A stretch of 64,000 nt of DNA from Podospora anserina (lineage: Eukaryota): NCBI GenBank assembly GCA_017654855.1, contig CM030336.1:1798001-1862000 (forward strand), read 5' to 3'. A model generated the notes under the pieces. It ran no database searches. It saw nothing but the letters and a program-made list of their open reading frames with translations, and was not told the origin of the DNA. Below are positions 12,886 through 25,091 of the stretch, piece by piece (position 1 is the first letter of the stretch; each line of letters opens with the position of its first letter). Position numbers and translations under genes: made by a program.

Positions 12886-13239
12886 TAGATATCAGTGAAG
12901 GGTGGTAGATATGGGTAAGAAAAGGGTAGAAATATATGATCAAAGGGGGGGGGGAAAGGTCGATTGAAAAGGACGACAGGAAGTTTTTGCGTTTTGCTTA
13001 CGGTACGTAGTATCATCGTGTGAAGGCCGTTGAAGGTGGTTGTTCTGGGCTCTGGTGAGGTCGAAAGCCCAGTTTGGAGGCGAGTTTAGGAAAAGAAAAT
13101 CTTCTGGAGGGAAGAGAGGACAGAGAGTTTGAATATCTAAAAGTTGGGAGCAGCTCCTTTACTTTCCAACCAAATGACTACCTATCTCTGGGCATGACAA
13201 GACTCATCGTGTGACCGATGATCGAACCTGTCGGCGGCT

Positions 13240-13268
13240 GCATCATCATCATCATCATCATCATCATC
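13240..13268. repeat. (CAT)n microsatellite
   Basis: About 9 CAT units visible. Confidence 0.9.
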
Positions 13269-13695
13269 GACGAGGGGCGCTGCTTGGTCATTTGGTCGGC
13301 GTAGAATTCAGCTGAGCAAGTCCAAATAACGGAAGAGTGACCCGTCTGATATTGCCCGTACACCGACCTAGTGACGCTTCCCATTGCGAGTCACTAGATG
13401 AGGTGACTGGGGATATCAGCGCGGGTATGTTGAGCTCCGTGTTCTCTGGATTGACAAGGGGCAATGCATGCAATCAAACTGAAAAGAGTGCATAACCAAA
13501 TTGTACAGAGACGAGAAACATCTTCATATCACCTAGAACACCAGAGCAAACAGCCAAGGTATTATCTCCCAATGCAAACCCATCTCCCCCATCCCGTTTT
13601 GTAACCAATCAACATACCCATCTTCAAAGGTATCAAACCCTTCTTCAAACTAAAAACTCCCTTCTTACCTTTTAAAATTACACACAAAATAAACC

Positions 13696-15462
13696 TTACA
13701 AAGTCAACTTGTCCACCTGCGTCCTCACCTGTTCCATCCAGTCCATCCCCTGTCTCTTTTTCTTCAGTGCATCCGCTTCCAACACACTGCCGTGCTCTCT
13801 CATCACCCCCTCCAAGTGAATACTCCAAATCACATACTGCTCATTCGCCGACAGTGCCAGCCCCTGTCTCCCCCATTCAAACGCCTCTTCCCACTCTTCC
13901 ACAAACTCGCAATAATCAAACAGCCACCCAATAAACAGACATTCCATCATCTTGGCAAACACCTCCGGGAATACCCCGATATCCCTCATCATCTTTAGCC
14001 TCTCCAGCAATGCCATCACCCGGGGCTTGAAATCATGCCCGAATTCCTTCGCCAACCACTGCTCAGCCAGCGCTTCACTTTCCGGATCACCCGACATAAC
14101 CAGCTTTTGCGCCCAATACACACTCTGGGCCTCGACTCGAAGCATGTGATGCCGCCTCTTGTCTCTATCCCTCACAGAAGGCGCCACCGCCATGTTCATA
14201 TCAGGAGGTGACCCCTTCGACGAAGCAGCCGAAGAATTTGGACTCCCACTGCGACTCCTATCTTCCCTCTGCTGGCAAGCCAAACTCTGATTTCTCGCCC
14301 ACTCTCTCGTCCTACCCAGCACACCAGGAATATCCTCAATGACATCCGCGTTGGCTTGTGACAAAAGCTGAATGTACCCCATCAGCCTCTCCTCATTCTC
14401 CGACCCTTCCTCAAACATCTCGACAAAACTCGCCGCGATCTCCGAGACGGGGTGGTTTCCAAACTTGACGGTTGTTAACCGTGCCAAGTAACGAAAGTAA
14501 GCCTTGAGGATATCTAACCTCCCGTACTCCAATAACAAATGCGGGACGACAAAACACAAATCCGAAAATGACTTCATCGTCGGCTTCTCGAGCTTGCGTT
14601 CGATCTGCAGGAATGCCAGCCTTAACACCTCGCCTCCGGTTTTATTCTCCTTCAAGTCGAATAGATCCATGGAAACCTTAAAGTAGCGATAACAAGGGTC
14701 GATGTAGCCGGCGACTTCTTCTACCCGGAGGTTGCTGATATCGAGGTCGATGTACCCGTGCAAGAAACGGCGGATGGCAGTTAACCCTAGCTGAGCGGCG
14801 CGGGACGTGTCGTTGCCGAAGAAGGTGGGGGAATTGGTGCTGTAACTGTTGTTTCTGCTGAGGGAGATCATGGAGGCCGATGACGACTTTGAACCGTAGG
14901 TGTCGTCGGTGGGGGATTCGTCAGAGTTGTACCGTGGCCGCCTCTTGACGGCGTATTTGAAAAAGCCCCAGCGGGCGAACTGGTTCTTGTACATTTTGGG
15001 TGTGGCCTTGAGGTTGTAGTTGGTTTCCATCAGTTGTATAATGTCACGGAGGATGCGGTTTTGGGTGATGTAGAGTTCATGGAGTAGCCCTTTCCACGGA
15101 TCCCAGTCCTCGACACGGCGAGGAACAATGGGGTGCGGCGATGGGTGAGGGCCTCGGAGGGCGGCGGCTTTGGCGGCTGCTGCTGCTTTGCTGCCATGTC
15201 TACCGGATTTGGTGGCATGATGCCGCGATGCGGTGGTTTGATTGTTGCTGTGGGCACCGGAGGTCCTCGGGGGAGCTTTGGGTTTCCATTTCAGCGATGG
15301 AGCCTGGCATGATCTGCCAGTGCTTGACACTGGGCTTGTGGCTTCTTCCTTGACAAAAACCTTGACCTCGTCGCCGTCGAGAACGAGTCCTGTCAAGTCC
15401 TCGGCGGCGGCGAGGAGGGCCATGGGCCCACCGTCCGTAGACGTGCTGCCGTCGAGGTCCAT
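13696..15462 (-). CDS. Clr5-domain protein
   Basis: WDPWKGLLHELYITQNRILRDIIQLMETNYNLKATPKMYKNQFARWGFFKY fits the Clr5 domain pattern; first ATG taken at 15462. Confidence 0.85.
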   Translation of the reverse strand: MDLDGSTSTDGGPMALLAAAEDLTGLVLDGDEVKVFVKEEATSPVSSTGRSCQAPSLKWKPKAPPRTSGAHSNNQTTASRHHATKSGRHGSKAAAAAKAAALRGPHPSPHPIVPRRVEDWDPWKGLLHELYITQNRILRDIIQLMETNYNLKATPKMYKNQFARWGFFKYAVKRRPRYNSDESPTDDTYGSKSSSASMISLSRNNSYSTNSPTFFGNDTSRAAQLGLTAIRRFLHGYIDLDISNLRVEEVAGYIDPCYRYFKVSMDLFDLKENKTGGEVLRLAFLQIERKLEKPTMKSFSDLCFVVPHLLLEYGRLDILKAYFRYLARLTTVKFGNHPVSEIAASFVEMFEEGSENEERLMGYIQLLSQANADVIEDIPGVLGRTREWARNQSLACQQREDRSRSGSPNSSAASSKGSPPDMNMAVAPSVRDRDKRRHHMLRVEAQSVYWAQKLVMSGDPESEALAEQWLAKEFGHDFKPRVMALLERLKMMRDIGVFPEVFAKMMECLFIGWLFDYCEFVEEWEEAFEWGRQGLALSANEQYVIWSIHLEGVMREHGSVLEADALKKKRQGMDWMEQVRTQVDKLTL

Positions 15463-17435
15463 TGAGTTCTGATGGCGGCGGCAGCGGCGTTGACGGTTAG
15501 ATCCAACGGTCAACTCAACGGTCAACGGGGCGGAGGCAACGGTTGGCTGAGGCCGGTGGCGGGTCCGCTTTCGCCAACGGAGCAACGGGGGTGGTGACGG
15601 CAGCGGTAGCGCAAGTGGGCACTGGGTCGCGGGGAGTCACGGTGTGAACGGCCGAGGGGCTCCGGCGACAGCGTCAGCACCATTGCTGTTGGCCTGACGG
15701 ACTCGCAGGGTGGTGGGGGTCGCAGCGCGGAGGAAAGTCCGGCGTGGGCGACAGGATGATCTGATTGTGTACGGATGGACGATGGCGTCTGTGGTGTGGT
15801 CGAAGGTGGACGCTCGCTGCAATTTGAGGGATTGGATTGATTGATTGCCAGATCACTGGACTGGAGCTGGAGGAACACTCAAGAGAAGGGAACAATGGGA
15901 GGCCCACCCCCGCGCATTACCACCTGGCAGTTCCAGCGGACGGGACACAGCGCCACCTCCACCAGAACTCCTGCTCTTTTCGTTCGTGCCTTGTCTGACG
16001 TGCCACTCTATCCCCCCGGGGGGACGGGGGACGGGAGGGCAGACTCGATGATGGGCTCCAGGGTCCGGTCCGACTAGTGAGCGACTCAAGGCGAGCTAGG
16101 CTGTCATCGTTCCCAACGTCGTCACGGCTGCATCAGGGCCGCAGCCGTTGTGCGCTTGATCGCGCGTAACCCCTCTCGATAGCGCCCGGGCCCCCAACCA
16201 CGATCGCTTGGCGGGGGAGAAGAGAGACTTGAGATGCCCCACCTTCGCAGATCCCTTCACACATCAACCAATCAGTCACCGTTCCGACGAAACTTCGCTT
16301 GCGGGTTAGGGTCCTGAGTCCTGGGTTCATCCTTTCATCTTCGTCCAAGACAGCCCTGGAGTTTCTCAAAACGAAGCCCAGAACGCCAAGTTCATGACAT
16401 CTCCCCTACGGCCTCCATCTCATCCATCTCGGTGACAAACTCGGGAGATGCGCCGTTCTCCGCCTGCTCTCCACAACACACTCCGGCACCGTTGCAACCC
16501 AGACGCCACTACCGTCAACTGCCGTAGCAGCAATCCGTCCTATCTCCCCAAATGTTTCACGCCCTCCCTGCTCGAACACCTCCGCGGTTCCCTTCCGCTC
16601 TGACCTGACAGCTTTATCGGCCGAATGGATAGCGACATGACATTGCGCTAGAGGAAAACAGGACAAACCTCCTGAACCAAGACGCCACCGGCCTCATTCA
16701 CATCAAGTTCTTGGTAGAATATCACCGAAGCCCATCAGGATACACCATGTTGCAAACAAATCCGTGACACAGACCCTTACTACAACTATATTTTTGCGCA
16801 TGCAAGGCCCAACTGGAGTTTTACGCCAGCCATCCAGCCATTGGCTATCAAAACTTGTCCAGGGGCTACCTCGACGCGGAACATGCCGATAGCTTGCCCA
16901 AGGTCGCCCTCAAGTTACGTAACATTGCGGACGATAGCGCCTATCGGGGAATATATCACTGAGCAATGGCTTGTAGCATCCATCCTGATTTACTGCTCGG
17001 TATCCGCTCTTCATCCTGTCAGTGAAAAGCTTGATCACTCTCTCGCTCTCGGTCCTCCTCGGTGTTGTTGTTACAAAGATATAAAAGCGCAGAGCGGAGC
17101 CACAACCGCACCAATGCCACAAACGAGCGGGTTTTTCACCTTTGTTTGGTAATTGCTTCCCCCTTTTCCTTGTTGTCTAGAATGCCTACAATGGTTCTAG
17201 ACAGCTCCAAAACAAAACGCTATTCCGCTTTTCGCATCTGATGTGTGGGGTGTGGTTATTATGGGTCCGATCCCAGGTTGTCGGGTTCGTGTTGATCAAG
17301 AGTTGTGTGAGGAGATCTGAGACGTCAGAAAGCTCTGAAAAATGAAGAAGGGATTGTCACTTTTGGTAGGTAGAGCCACGATCGAATAAATTAGATACGG
17401 TCCACTCCATCGCTGCGCGTATACTTCCAAGATAT

Positions 17436-18300
17436 CTAATCCAAAAAAGAAAAAGAAAAGAAGAAAATTTCACTCCCCAAGGGTGATAAGTTGAAAATGC
17501 GCAGCGCAATTACTCCCGAATATACCTCCTCACACAAGCTCTCATTGTCCAGTCCCGTACCATTTGTCCCCGACCTCCAGTTGTGGAGATCCCCATCCGT
17601 ACAGCGGCTGACCGCAGTCCAGTAATTCAGACTCTCCGTCTTGATCCTAGGTAAGGCGTTCTGTGCGATGACATATTTTGATAGCAGACTACCTTCGGGA
17701 AAGATTCCCTGGTCCCGTGTCGCCGCGAAGTGCGTCCAGCGTTTGGCCAAGCATTAGCTCGATAAGGAGGAAGCCAAGGGCGAGTACTTTGGGTTCCCGC
17801 TCGAGGACGAAGGCAAGGCCGTTGTCTGATTCCGAAGGCGACAAGACTGGGTTGGTGGAAGGTTGGTGAGTGTTGCGGAAGAGTGGCTGGCTATACAAAA
17901 GATATCCATTCCTCGCAAGAAAGAAAACATCATGGCTACCGAGGGCGTCCGGGACTCAAGGGGTGCCGTGGAGTTGAAGGACGTTTGATGAAATGACGAG
18001 TGCAAGGTGGAGACGGTCGCGATGAGAGACCAAGTTGTTGTCGGGTCGCTGGGGTAGATGGTATATTGTCTGCCCATTCCTAACGCCTGGTGGTCAATGA
18101 TGATCCCATAGGCGCCCCTATCCTGCGCAATGCAACTCTGTTGCAAATTTGAAAGGCCTCGCAAATATTTATCGTTGTGCTGATTTTCGATAACAAAGGG
18201 ACCGTCAAGGTGTTGGTCAGGCCTGAAATTGCGCTAGTGATAGTGTTCTGTGGTTGTGATTCGAGAACAGTCGTGGCTGTTGACTTGACTACTAACTGAG
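17436..18300 (-). pseudogene. Fungal pseudokinase-like (DUF7580-type) remnant
   Basis: SNVLQLHGTP*VPDALGSHDVFF (W codon changed to TGA), LALGFLLIELMLGQTL and NYWTAVSRC..EEVYSGVI in different frames. Confidence 0.6.
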
Positions 18301-19163
18301 GCAATCTGAAGCTGACAGTCGTTTTTCCTTTGGGTCTAGATGCCGGGGGGTCAGTAGCGGAGGCTTGAGGTATTAGAGGATGTACGTCTGGTGTCGGTGA
18401 TCGTGATGGTGGTCCTCCTTTCGAGTTTTACGCCGAGATCGTGTTGGCAACTACATGCCAAGCTAGGTTGCAGAGCGTGGTACAGACTCATTCAAAAGAT
18501 TCCTAAGAATATGGAGGAGTTTTCCTTGCGAGCGGGCCCGTCGTGAAGACTCTAGATCAATATCTTGATTGGTGAGCTTCTCGATATTGGAAATCCAGTT
18601 CAGCCTGGTACTTCTTTTACCTTCGCAACGTAGAAAGACCTTCGCTGTAGTACTCGAGGGTCGAGATCAGAATAGGGATGGATTCACCCCAAAAGCACCC
18701 CGGCGATTTCGAGGCCCGACATGCCGGCGTTTCAAAGATTTAAGAAGGTCATGATCATACCAAAAGCCGCTGCAGATGTGAGTAGACAACGGGAAGGTGC
18801 GAATGGTAAAGCGGAGAACTTGCACTTTGGCCCCCAGCTGCTCTTACCCAGTCACCTTCCTTCGCTTCAGGCTGCCTGTGGACATCAAGCAGACCACTGT
18901 ATATACTGCACACCAGTTACTCTTGTTAGATACCATCAAGCAAGCCGAGCAGGTGAAGGCAAGCTGGAGACCTCGACTCATCTGGACGCAGAGAAGATGC
19001 CACAAAGCGAAGGCGAACTTGTCGCACCGAAACACAAGACTAAGAATGCGGCTGAGGAAGCAAATGTTTCAGGTGAAATTCTAAGCCCCAGCTTTTACTG
19101 CGATGGGATTGAAATGAGCCATAGCAAATAGTATATTGTGGCTGGACTGCCAAAGATGGCCAT

Positions 19164-19787
19164 GTGTCGGCGATGCTCTTTGCTTTGCAGACGGAGGGTG
19201 GGAAGGGGGTAGGGATCAAAAACAGCTTCCCAAGCAGAATTTTCAAACTGTACTGGCTTACAGCCTGCCAGTTGAGTACCGAGAGCAGGAGGGCGGTATT
19301 TCGATTGGCCGCTCAGAATGACGACTGGGATACTCTCACGCGGAACGTGCTGGAGAACAGGAAACAAGATCAAATCAGAGAAAGAAGAAAGGATAGTGTA
19401 TGGCCCGAGAAGGAAAGTCCCGCGGATACCCTTGAGATTGCTAGGCATCGGTATGAAGCTATCAATGAGAAACGCTTCGAGTTGCTAAAACCGGGAGAAG
19501 CTTGGCAACGCAAAATGGCAGAGATTGAGGCTGAAAGGGTCGAGACCTCGCAGAGGAAGGTGGAGGCCACCAGGGCTTTGGACGAGGAGTTGGAGCGACA
19601 GGAGAGGGAAGGGGAAAACTGCAAAGGAAGCGCTGAGCTTGAATATCTCAGATATGAGCAACGCAAAGCTTCACTGCGGCTAGAAGAATCAGAAAAAGAG
19701 AAGAACCCAGAAATAGAGTTTGCTGGGTCATTGATGGCAGACACATCTCGGAGAATGCGGGGTTTGCAGTGGGATGGAATAAGGTAA
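19164..19787 (+). CDS. Hypothetical coiled-coil protein; may have an upstream exon from about 18997
   Basis: 207-aa E/K/R-rich ORF; an upstream ORF (MPQSEG...) could splice in frame through an intron at about 19073-19131. Confidence 0.45.
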   Translation: MSAMLFALQTEGGKGVGIKNSFPSRIFKLYWLTACQLSTESRRAVFRLAAQNDDWDTLTRNVLENRKQDQIRERRKDSVWPEKESPADTLEIARHRYEAINEKRFELLKPGEAWQRKMAEIEAERVETSQRKVEATRALDEELERQEREGENCKGSAELEYLRYEQRKASLRLEESEKEKNPEIEFAGSLMADTSRRMRGLQWDGIR

Positions 19788-20336
19788 GGGGACGGTGAGC
19801 CGAGCCGAGACGAGATGAGGCTATTCCCAAGATGAGTTGACTACTGGATTGCCTACCGTAAAGGGATAGGAATCATAGAATGGGGCTAAAGTTGGGAAAT
19901 ATCTTATCTTCCAAGTTAATGCGAACTTTATAACTTGGGCGCCTTAGGAGCTGTCCGGACTCCACTACTCAACATCATCACAGTAGCACTCACCTGAGCT
20001 TGTACAAGAACCTGTGACCACTGCACTTGACCCCCAGATCCCCACAGGTTGGCGCCAGTAGGTCTCGAACCTACTCTGGTTTCAAATACAGTCTCACAGA
20101 CCTACTTGCCACTCGGTGTCTTGATGGGTTCACAGCAAGGACCTTGAGCCGCTCTTTAATGCCAATGAGCATAGTAAACGGCAGTATAATGTTGTCGAAA
20201 ATAGCAGAAACATCCAGAGCATTCCAATAAGACACGTCAATTTGATCTAGGCTAGCCGGAAGCTACCTACCAAGTAGCTGGCTAAAATACCTTAATTCAT
20301 GTGTCGGTCCCCCGGAATCTCTCCCTCAAACCAACA

Positions 20337-21227
20337 TCATTCAAGCTTAGCCATCTTCTCGACGGCGGCCTTGACTCTTGACTTGGCTTCCTCACCCACA
20401 ACCCACTCCTGGGCCTTCTCGAACCCTCTCTTCCAGATTGCCCACCTCTCCTTGCTGAAGCCCTTCCATGCGCGATCTTTGAAGTAGGGGCCAGGCGCGC
20501 CGTTGTTCCCCACGAAATCTTTATTCGCCTGGCTCAACCTCCAGAGATACTCCCCCGCCAACAGGATGTAGAGGCTAGCCTGATTGACTCCCCGACTGGC
20601 AACCTGGGCATCTGCTCCTTGTACCAACTCTCCATCCGCCGTAATGTATTCCTTTCTCTCCGGGTTCGATGTGGTAACATTACCCTCAAAGACCTCCCTC
20701 AGGGTCCAGAGCCCAAACAACGCAAAGTCGCCGCCGACATCTCCCTTTGTGGTCTCCGGGTCGATATCCTTGGTCACCACACCTGTCAACCTTGCGAGCA
20801 ACCCCACCAGTCCATCTTGTTTGGCACGGTCTTCGGGTGAATCAGCAGCAAACGCCTCTACTTTCATGGTATTAGCGAAGGTGGTCATAACGACCTTGGG
20901 ATTGAGTCAAAGCTTACCATCGTTGTACTTCTCCCTAGCCGCCAGCCCGAAGTTGGGCAAATCTTTCCACACCTTGTGCTCGCCAAACCGCAAGTTTGGC
21001 AGCTCGTGCTTCCTGAGCTCGGCAAGAAACTGTACTAGCTGCTCTTGCTGGTCCACGGGCGTCTTCCCCGCCTTGTCAATAACCGCCTCCCAGGCATACC
21101 ACAAGAGGTGCTCCAGATCATCGCCGGGCTGTTCTTTCTGGGCTTCCTGGACCCAGTGCCGAACCGCGGTCAACACAGCTTCGCGGTTGCTGAGCCGTTG
21201 CAACGACTGTTCAAAAATATTGCACAT
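20337..21227 (-). CDS. DUF3632-family protein, one intron near 20860-20915
   Basis: LWYAWEAV, QEQLVQFLAEL, VWKDLPNFGLAAREKYN, LWTLREVFE and GFSKERWAIWK motifs; GTAAGC..GCTAAT..AG intron. Confidence 0.8.
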
Positions 21228-21747
21228 GATTGGTCGTGAAGGTGTCAAAACTGAGGTGGTTTGATCCGATGATTTTGACAAGGAAGGAATGAGCGAGAAA
21301 AAGTCGTCCAAAGCTTTCTCTATCATGCAAGTCTAAATATTGCTGGCCTGCTACAAAAGACGTCTGTCCTCAAAATACAAGTTATGGTTGTCAAAGGTGG
21401 GGTTGACGTCAGCGAGGCATGCGATGCCCACCAGATTCTTCCTGGATCCTCCTGGCGGTTGTTCAGGAGGCCTCGCAGAACATCGAATGGCTGGCTCACA
21501 ATTCACTCCCCAAAAATGTTAGTGCAAAAATTCTAGAACACCGCCAAACCACTCGCTCCAGCTGAAAAGAGAAGCAGCTCCACAAATTCATCTCAATGTC
21601 TCACAATTTCCCCATCACCCCCATCAACGCAGCCAATCACTTACCTCTCCCCCGAGAATCCCCCAGTGTCTTCTTGGCGCCACGACCCTTGGCAAACACA
21701 TCAACTCTCACGCTCATTTTAACCTAACTTCAACCTCACCTCTCACT

Positions 21748-21776
21748 TCTTTCTCTCTCTCTCTCTCTCTCTCTCT
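21748..21776. repeat. (CT)n microsatellite in the RNase 5' region
   Basis: Visible CT run. Confidence 0.85.
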
Positions 21777-21810
21777 ATCTTCATCCTGTTTTCATCATCA
21801 CCCATCAAAA

Positions 21811-22635
21811 ATGTTCACCCTCAAAACCCTCCTCCTCCTCACCCTCTCCGCCGCCACCGCCACAGCCCAAGGCACCTCCTCCATCGGCCAAGTAACCTGC
21901 GGAAACAACAACTGGTCCCGGTCCCAAATCGAGGAAGCCCTCGAGCAAGGCTGCCGTCTCCACGAGGACGGGGAGCAATTGGGAAACAACAAGTATCCTC
22001 ACCGGTTCAACAACCGGGAGGGTCTCGTTTTTGCTGCCAGCGGGCCGTATCAGGAGTTTCCTATAGTGAGGAATGGGGTTTATGAAGGGGGTTAGTAGTT
22101 TCCCTTTCCCCCCACCCCCTCTTTTTTTAAAAAAATTCTTTTTTTTATTATTATTTTTAAATTTCTTTTAAATTTTGGTTATTTTTATTTTTATTTTTTT
22201 CAATTTATATTTTTTTCTTTTTCAATTTTTTTTTCAATTTCTTTTTATTTTTTTTTATTTTTTTTATGTTTAATTTTTTTTTACACACGTCATGATAGAT
22301 GCTGATGATGATGAGCAGGCTCCCCCGGAGCGGATAGGATTGTTTTCAATCCTAACCTGAATGGCGATTGTGTCTATGTCGGCACGATGACGCATACGGG
22401 GGCGAGTGGGAATGGGTTTAATATGTGTGCTACGAGGTCGGAGGGAAGGCCGGGGGCTGGGGATGATACCACTGCTTCGGTGACGGTTCCTGGTACTGCT
22501 ACGAGGACTCAGACCAGCACGTCTACGACGTCGACTTCTACGTCGACTGCCAGCCCGGATTCGGCCGGAGCGGTGCAGAGGTTGGGGGTGCAGGGGGTGG
22601 CGGTCGGGTTGATGGCTTGGGCTTTTGTTTTGTAA
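21811..22635 (+). CDS. Secreted guanyl-specific ribonuclease (RNase T1/N1 family) with Ser/Thr linker and GPI-like tail; intron 22091-22318
   Basis: Signal peptide; YPH, QEFPI, PGADRIVF and MTHTGA catalytic motifs; S/T-rich stalk; hydrophobic C-terminus. Confidence 0.88.
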
Positions 22636-23677
22636 GGGGGGTGGCTGAATGAGGGAGGGAGGTGTCGGGTTGGCTAGGCAGCATGTTTGGAGTAAGGTTG
22701 TTTGCCTCAGGCTTTGGCGCAGTGGTGAGATCTTTTCATATTGATCTCACAAGGGCTCCAGGTTGAGATTCTCGAGGTCTCGCTTCCTGATTAGTTCCCC
22801 TGCATTGTGCAGCCCCAGCTGAAGGTCAGCAGCTTAACCTGGGGGAACGTTCACCACCAAGTTTAGGAATCAGCTGGGGTTGCAAGGTGTTAGTGGTCGA
22901 TTAGCTAGGAAGCGAGAGTCAAAGGATTTCAACCCGGAGTCGTTGTGGGATATGGGAGATCTTACTGCCAAAAGCAAAGAAGCCAGATGAGGCAAAAGGC
23001 AAGCTTCGGCTAGGGGCGAGATGGGATGGAGTTGCACAGCGCAATTGCATAAAGTAGGTGTTTGGGTAGGGGCTATATTGTCATGTCTTTCAGGCCATTT
23101 CAACTCAGAATTTTGGGATGTTTATATTTGAAAGACTACGCCGGGGTCTGGATCAGTCTTGGAGATGGGGTGACTTTCACTGTAGGTGCTTGAGCAGTTT
23201 GTAACAATAATGGCAAAGTCAAACAGGTAGGAGAATCGACCTCTGCATCTTGGAAGCTCTAAGGATCATAAAGTTGAACTTTTCGCTTCTGTGGTGGAGG
23301 CTGTTTGTCATTTCTGCTACTAGGAGACTAGTTTGAAGCAATATCATCCATGCATCCTCTCTTCAACAGATACATGCAACGATTGATAAAGTCACCTATG
23401 CCTTAAGCCAACATGAAACCAATGCTGTGCCAGGTACCCCGCATGCTCAGCTAGCCCTGTCGTGATCTCCAACGCAGCTGTCAGGGCGTGCGGAGAAGGC
23501 AGGGGAACCGAGGCTCAATCACGTTCATACGGTTGGTGATCGCCTCCAAAATGCGGGGGACCGCGATGCTACATATACTTTCTTTTGTGTTCACCACACC
23601 CACCGCCTTGAACAATTTTGCTTCATTTACTCACATCACCTGACTCGCCTGTGACTTGCCATATCGTCAACACCAAA

Positions 23678-25091
23678 ATGACCTCCAAAGCCCCCATCCC
23701 CTTCTCCGACCCCCCAGCCCTCATGGGCCTCCCCTCCCCCTACTTCACCCCTTCCCACCTCCAATGGGCCAAAGCCATCCGCCCCTTCATCACCTCCAAC
23801 CTCCACTCCCTCGCCGTCGAATCCGAGCAATCCCCCACCGCCACCGTCCCCGAATCCGTCTTTTCCACCTTTGCCAACCACCACATGCTCATCCCCGCCC
23901 TCCCCGCCCCCCTGCCCGCAGCCTGGCTCAAAAAACTCGGCATCCACACCCTCCTCGGCGGTCTGAAAGTAGAAGACTTTGACTCCCTTCACGGCTACAT
24001 CTACAGCGACGAAATGGTCCGCTCCGGCCTCGCCGGCCCCCCAGGCTCCCTCACGACCGGCATCGCCTTCGGCCTCCCCCTCATCCTCAAGTTCGGCTCC
24101 CCCATCCTCCAAGAAAAAACCGTCCCCGACATCCTCCTGGGCAGAAAAAGAATCTGCATCGCCATCACAGAACCCGAGGCCGGCTCCGACGTGGCCGGGA
24201 TCGTGACTACGGCCAAGAAATCCCCCGACGGGCAACACTACATTGTAAACGGCACCAAGAAATGGATCACAAACGGCATCTGGTCCGACTACGCCTCCAT
24301 GGCCGTCCGCACCGGCCCCCCCGGTTCGGGAGCAGCAGGCATTTCCCTCCTTGTCGTCCCGCTCAAAAACCACCCCGGGGTTAACATGCGCCGTCTCAAA
24401 GTCGCGGGGCAAATCTCGGCCGGGACTACTTTCATCGAGCTGGACGACGTGCAAGTCCCGGTTGAGAACCTGATTGGAAAGGAAAACCACGGGATGAAGT
24501 ACATAATGACCAACTTCAACCATGAGAGGTTAGCCGTCGCCACGGGGACGACAAGGCAGGCTCGGGTGGCGCTCAGCGCGGCCTTCGAGTACGTCATGAA
24601 GAGGGAGGCGTTTGGAAAGCCGCTGGTGGAACAGCCCGTGGTGCGGCACCGGCTGGCGAAAGCGGGCGCGTTGCTGGAGAGTTTGACTGCGTGGGTGGAG
24701 CATTTTGCTTATTGGATGACAAGACTGCCGGCGGAGGAGGCGGATGTCAAGTTGGGGGGTATGACGGCGTTGCTGAAGGCGCAGGCGGGGATTGTGTTCA
24801 GGGAGTGTGCTGATACGGCGGTGTTGTTGTTTGGGGGCAATGGGTTCACCACTACGGGGCAGGGGATGGTTGCTGAGAGTGAGTTTTTTCTGTCTTCAAG
24901 TTCACGGACTGAATGAGGTAATGCTGACTTGTTTTTCTACCCATCACACAGTGCTCTACCGAGAGGTTCCGGGGACGAGAATTCCGGGAGGGTCGGAGGA
25001 TGTCCTGCTTGACTTGGCGGTTCGGCAGCTGCTCAAGATTTACCAGGTGCAGACCAAGATGTTGGAGGATGGAAAGGCTGCGAAACTGTAG
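23678..25091 (+). CDS. Acyl-CoA dehydrogenase, probably peroxisomal (C-terminal AKL); one intron near 24879-24951
   Basis: AITEPEAGSDVA, NGTKKWITNG, NFNHERL, FGGNG and IPGGSEDVL motifs; PTS1-like AKL*. Confidence 0.92.

Larger units (their letters stand above)
10085..13016 (-). pseudogene. Multi-exon gene of unknown family, frameshifted, with a transposon in its putative first intron
   Basis: Canonical introns give (MILRT)|SLYTKDETPLGKELPRDMW|VEFGFQVVSVRYQYLRKTAREEME|AEAEQVSDLAEAADRL, then a +1 shift to VAAANKHGDEWDWLSLEVLV. Exon 1 (13016-13002) is tentative. Confidence 0.55.

Noticed and set aside
23636..24523. 295-aa Gly-rich ORF antisense to the acyl-CoA dehydrogenase
   Set aside because: Explained by the C-rich sense strand lacking antisense stop codons.
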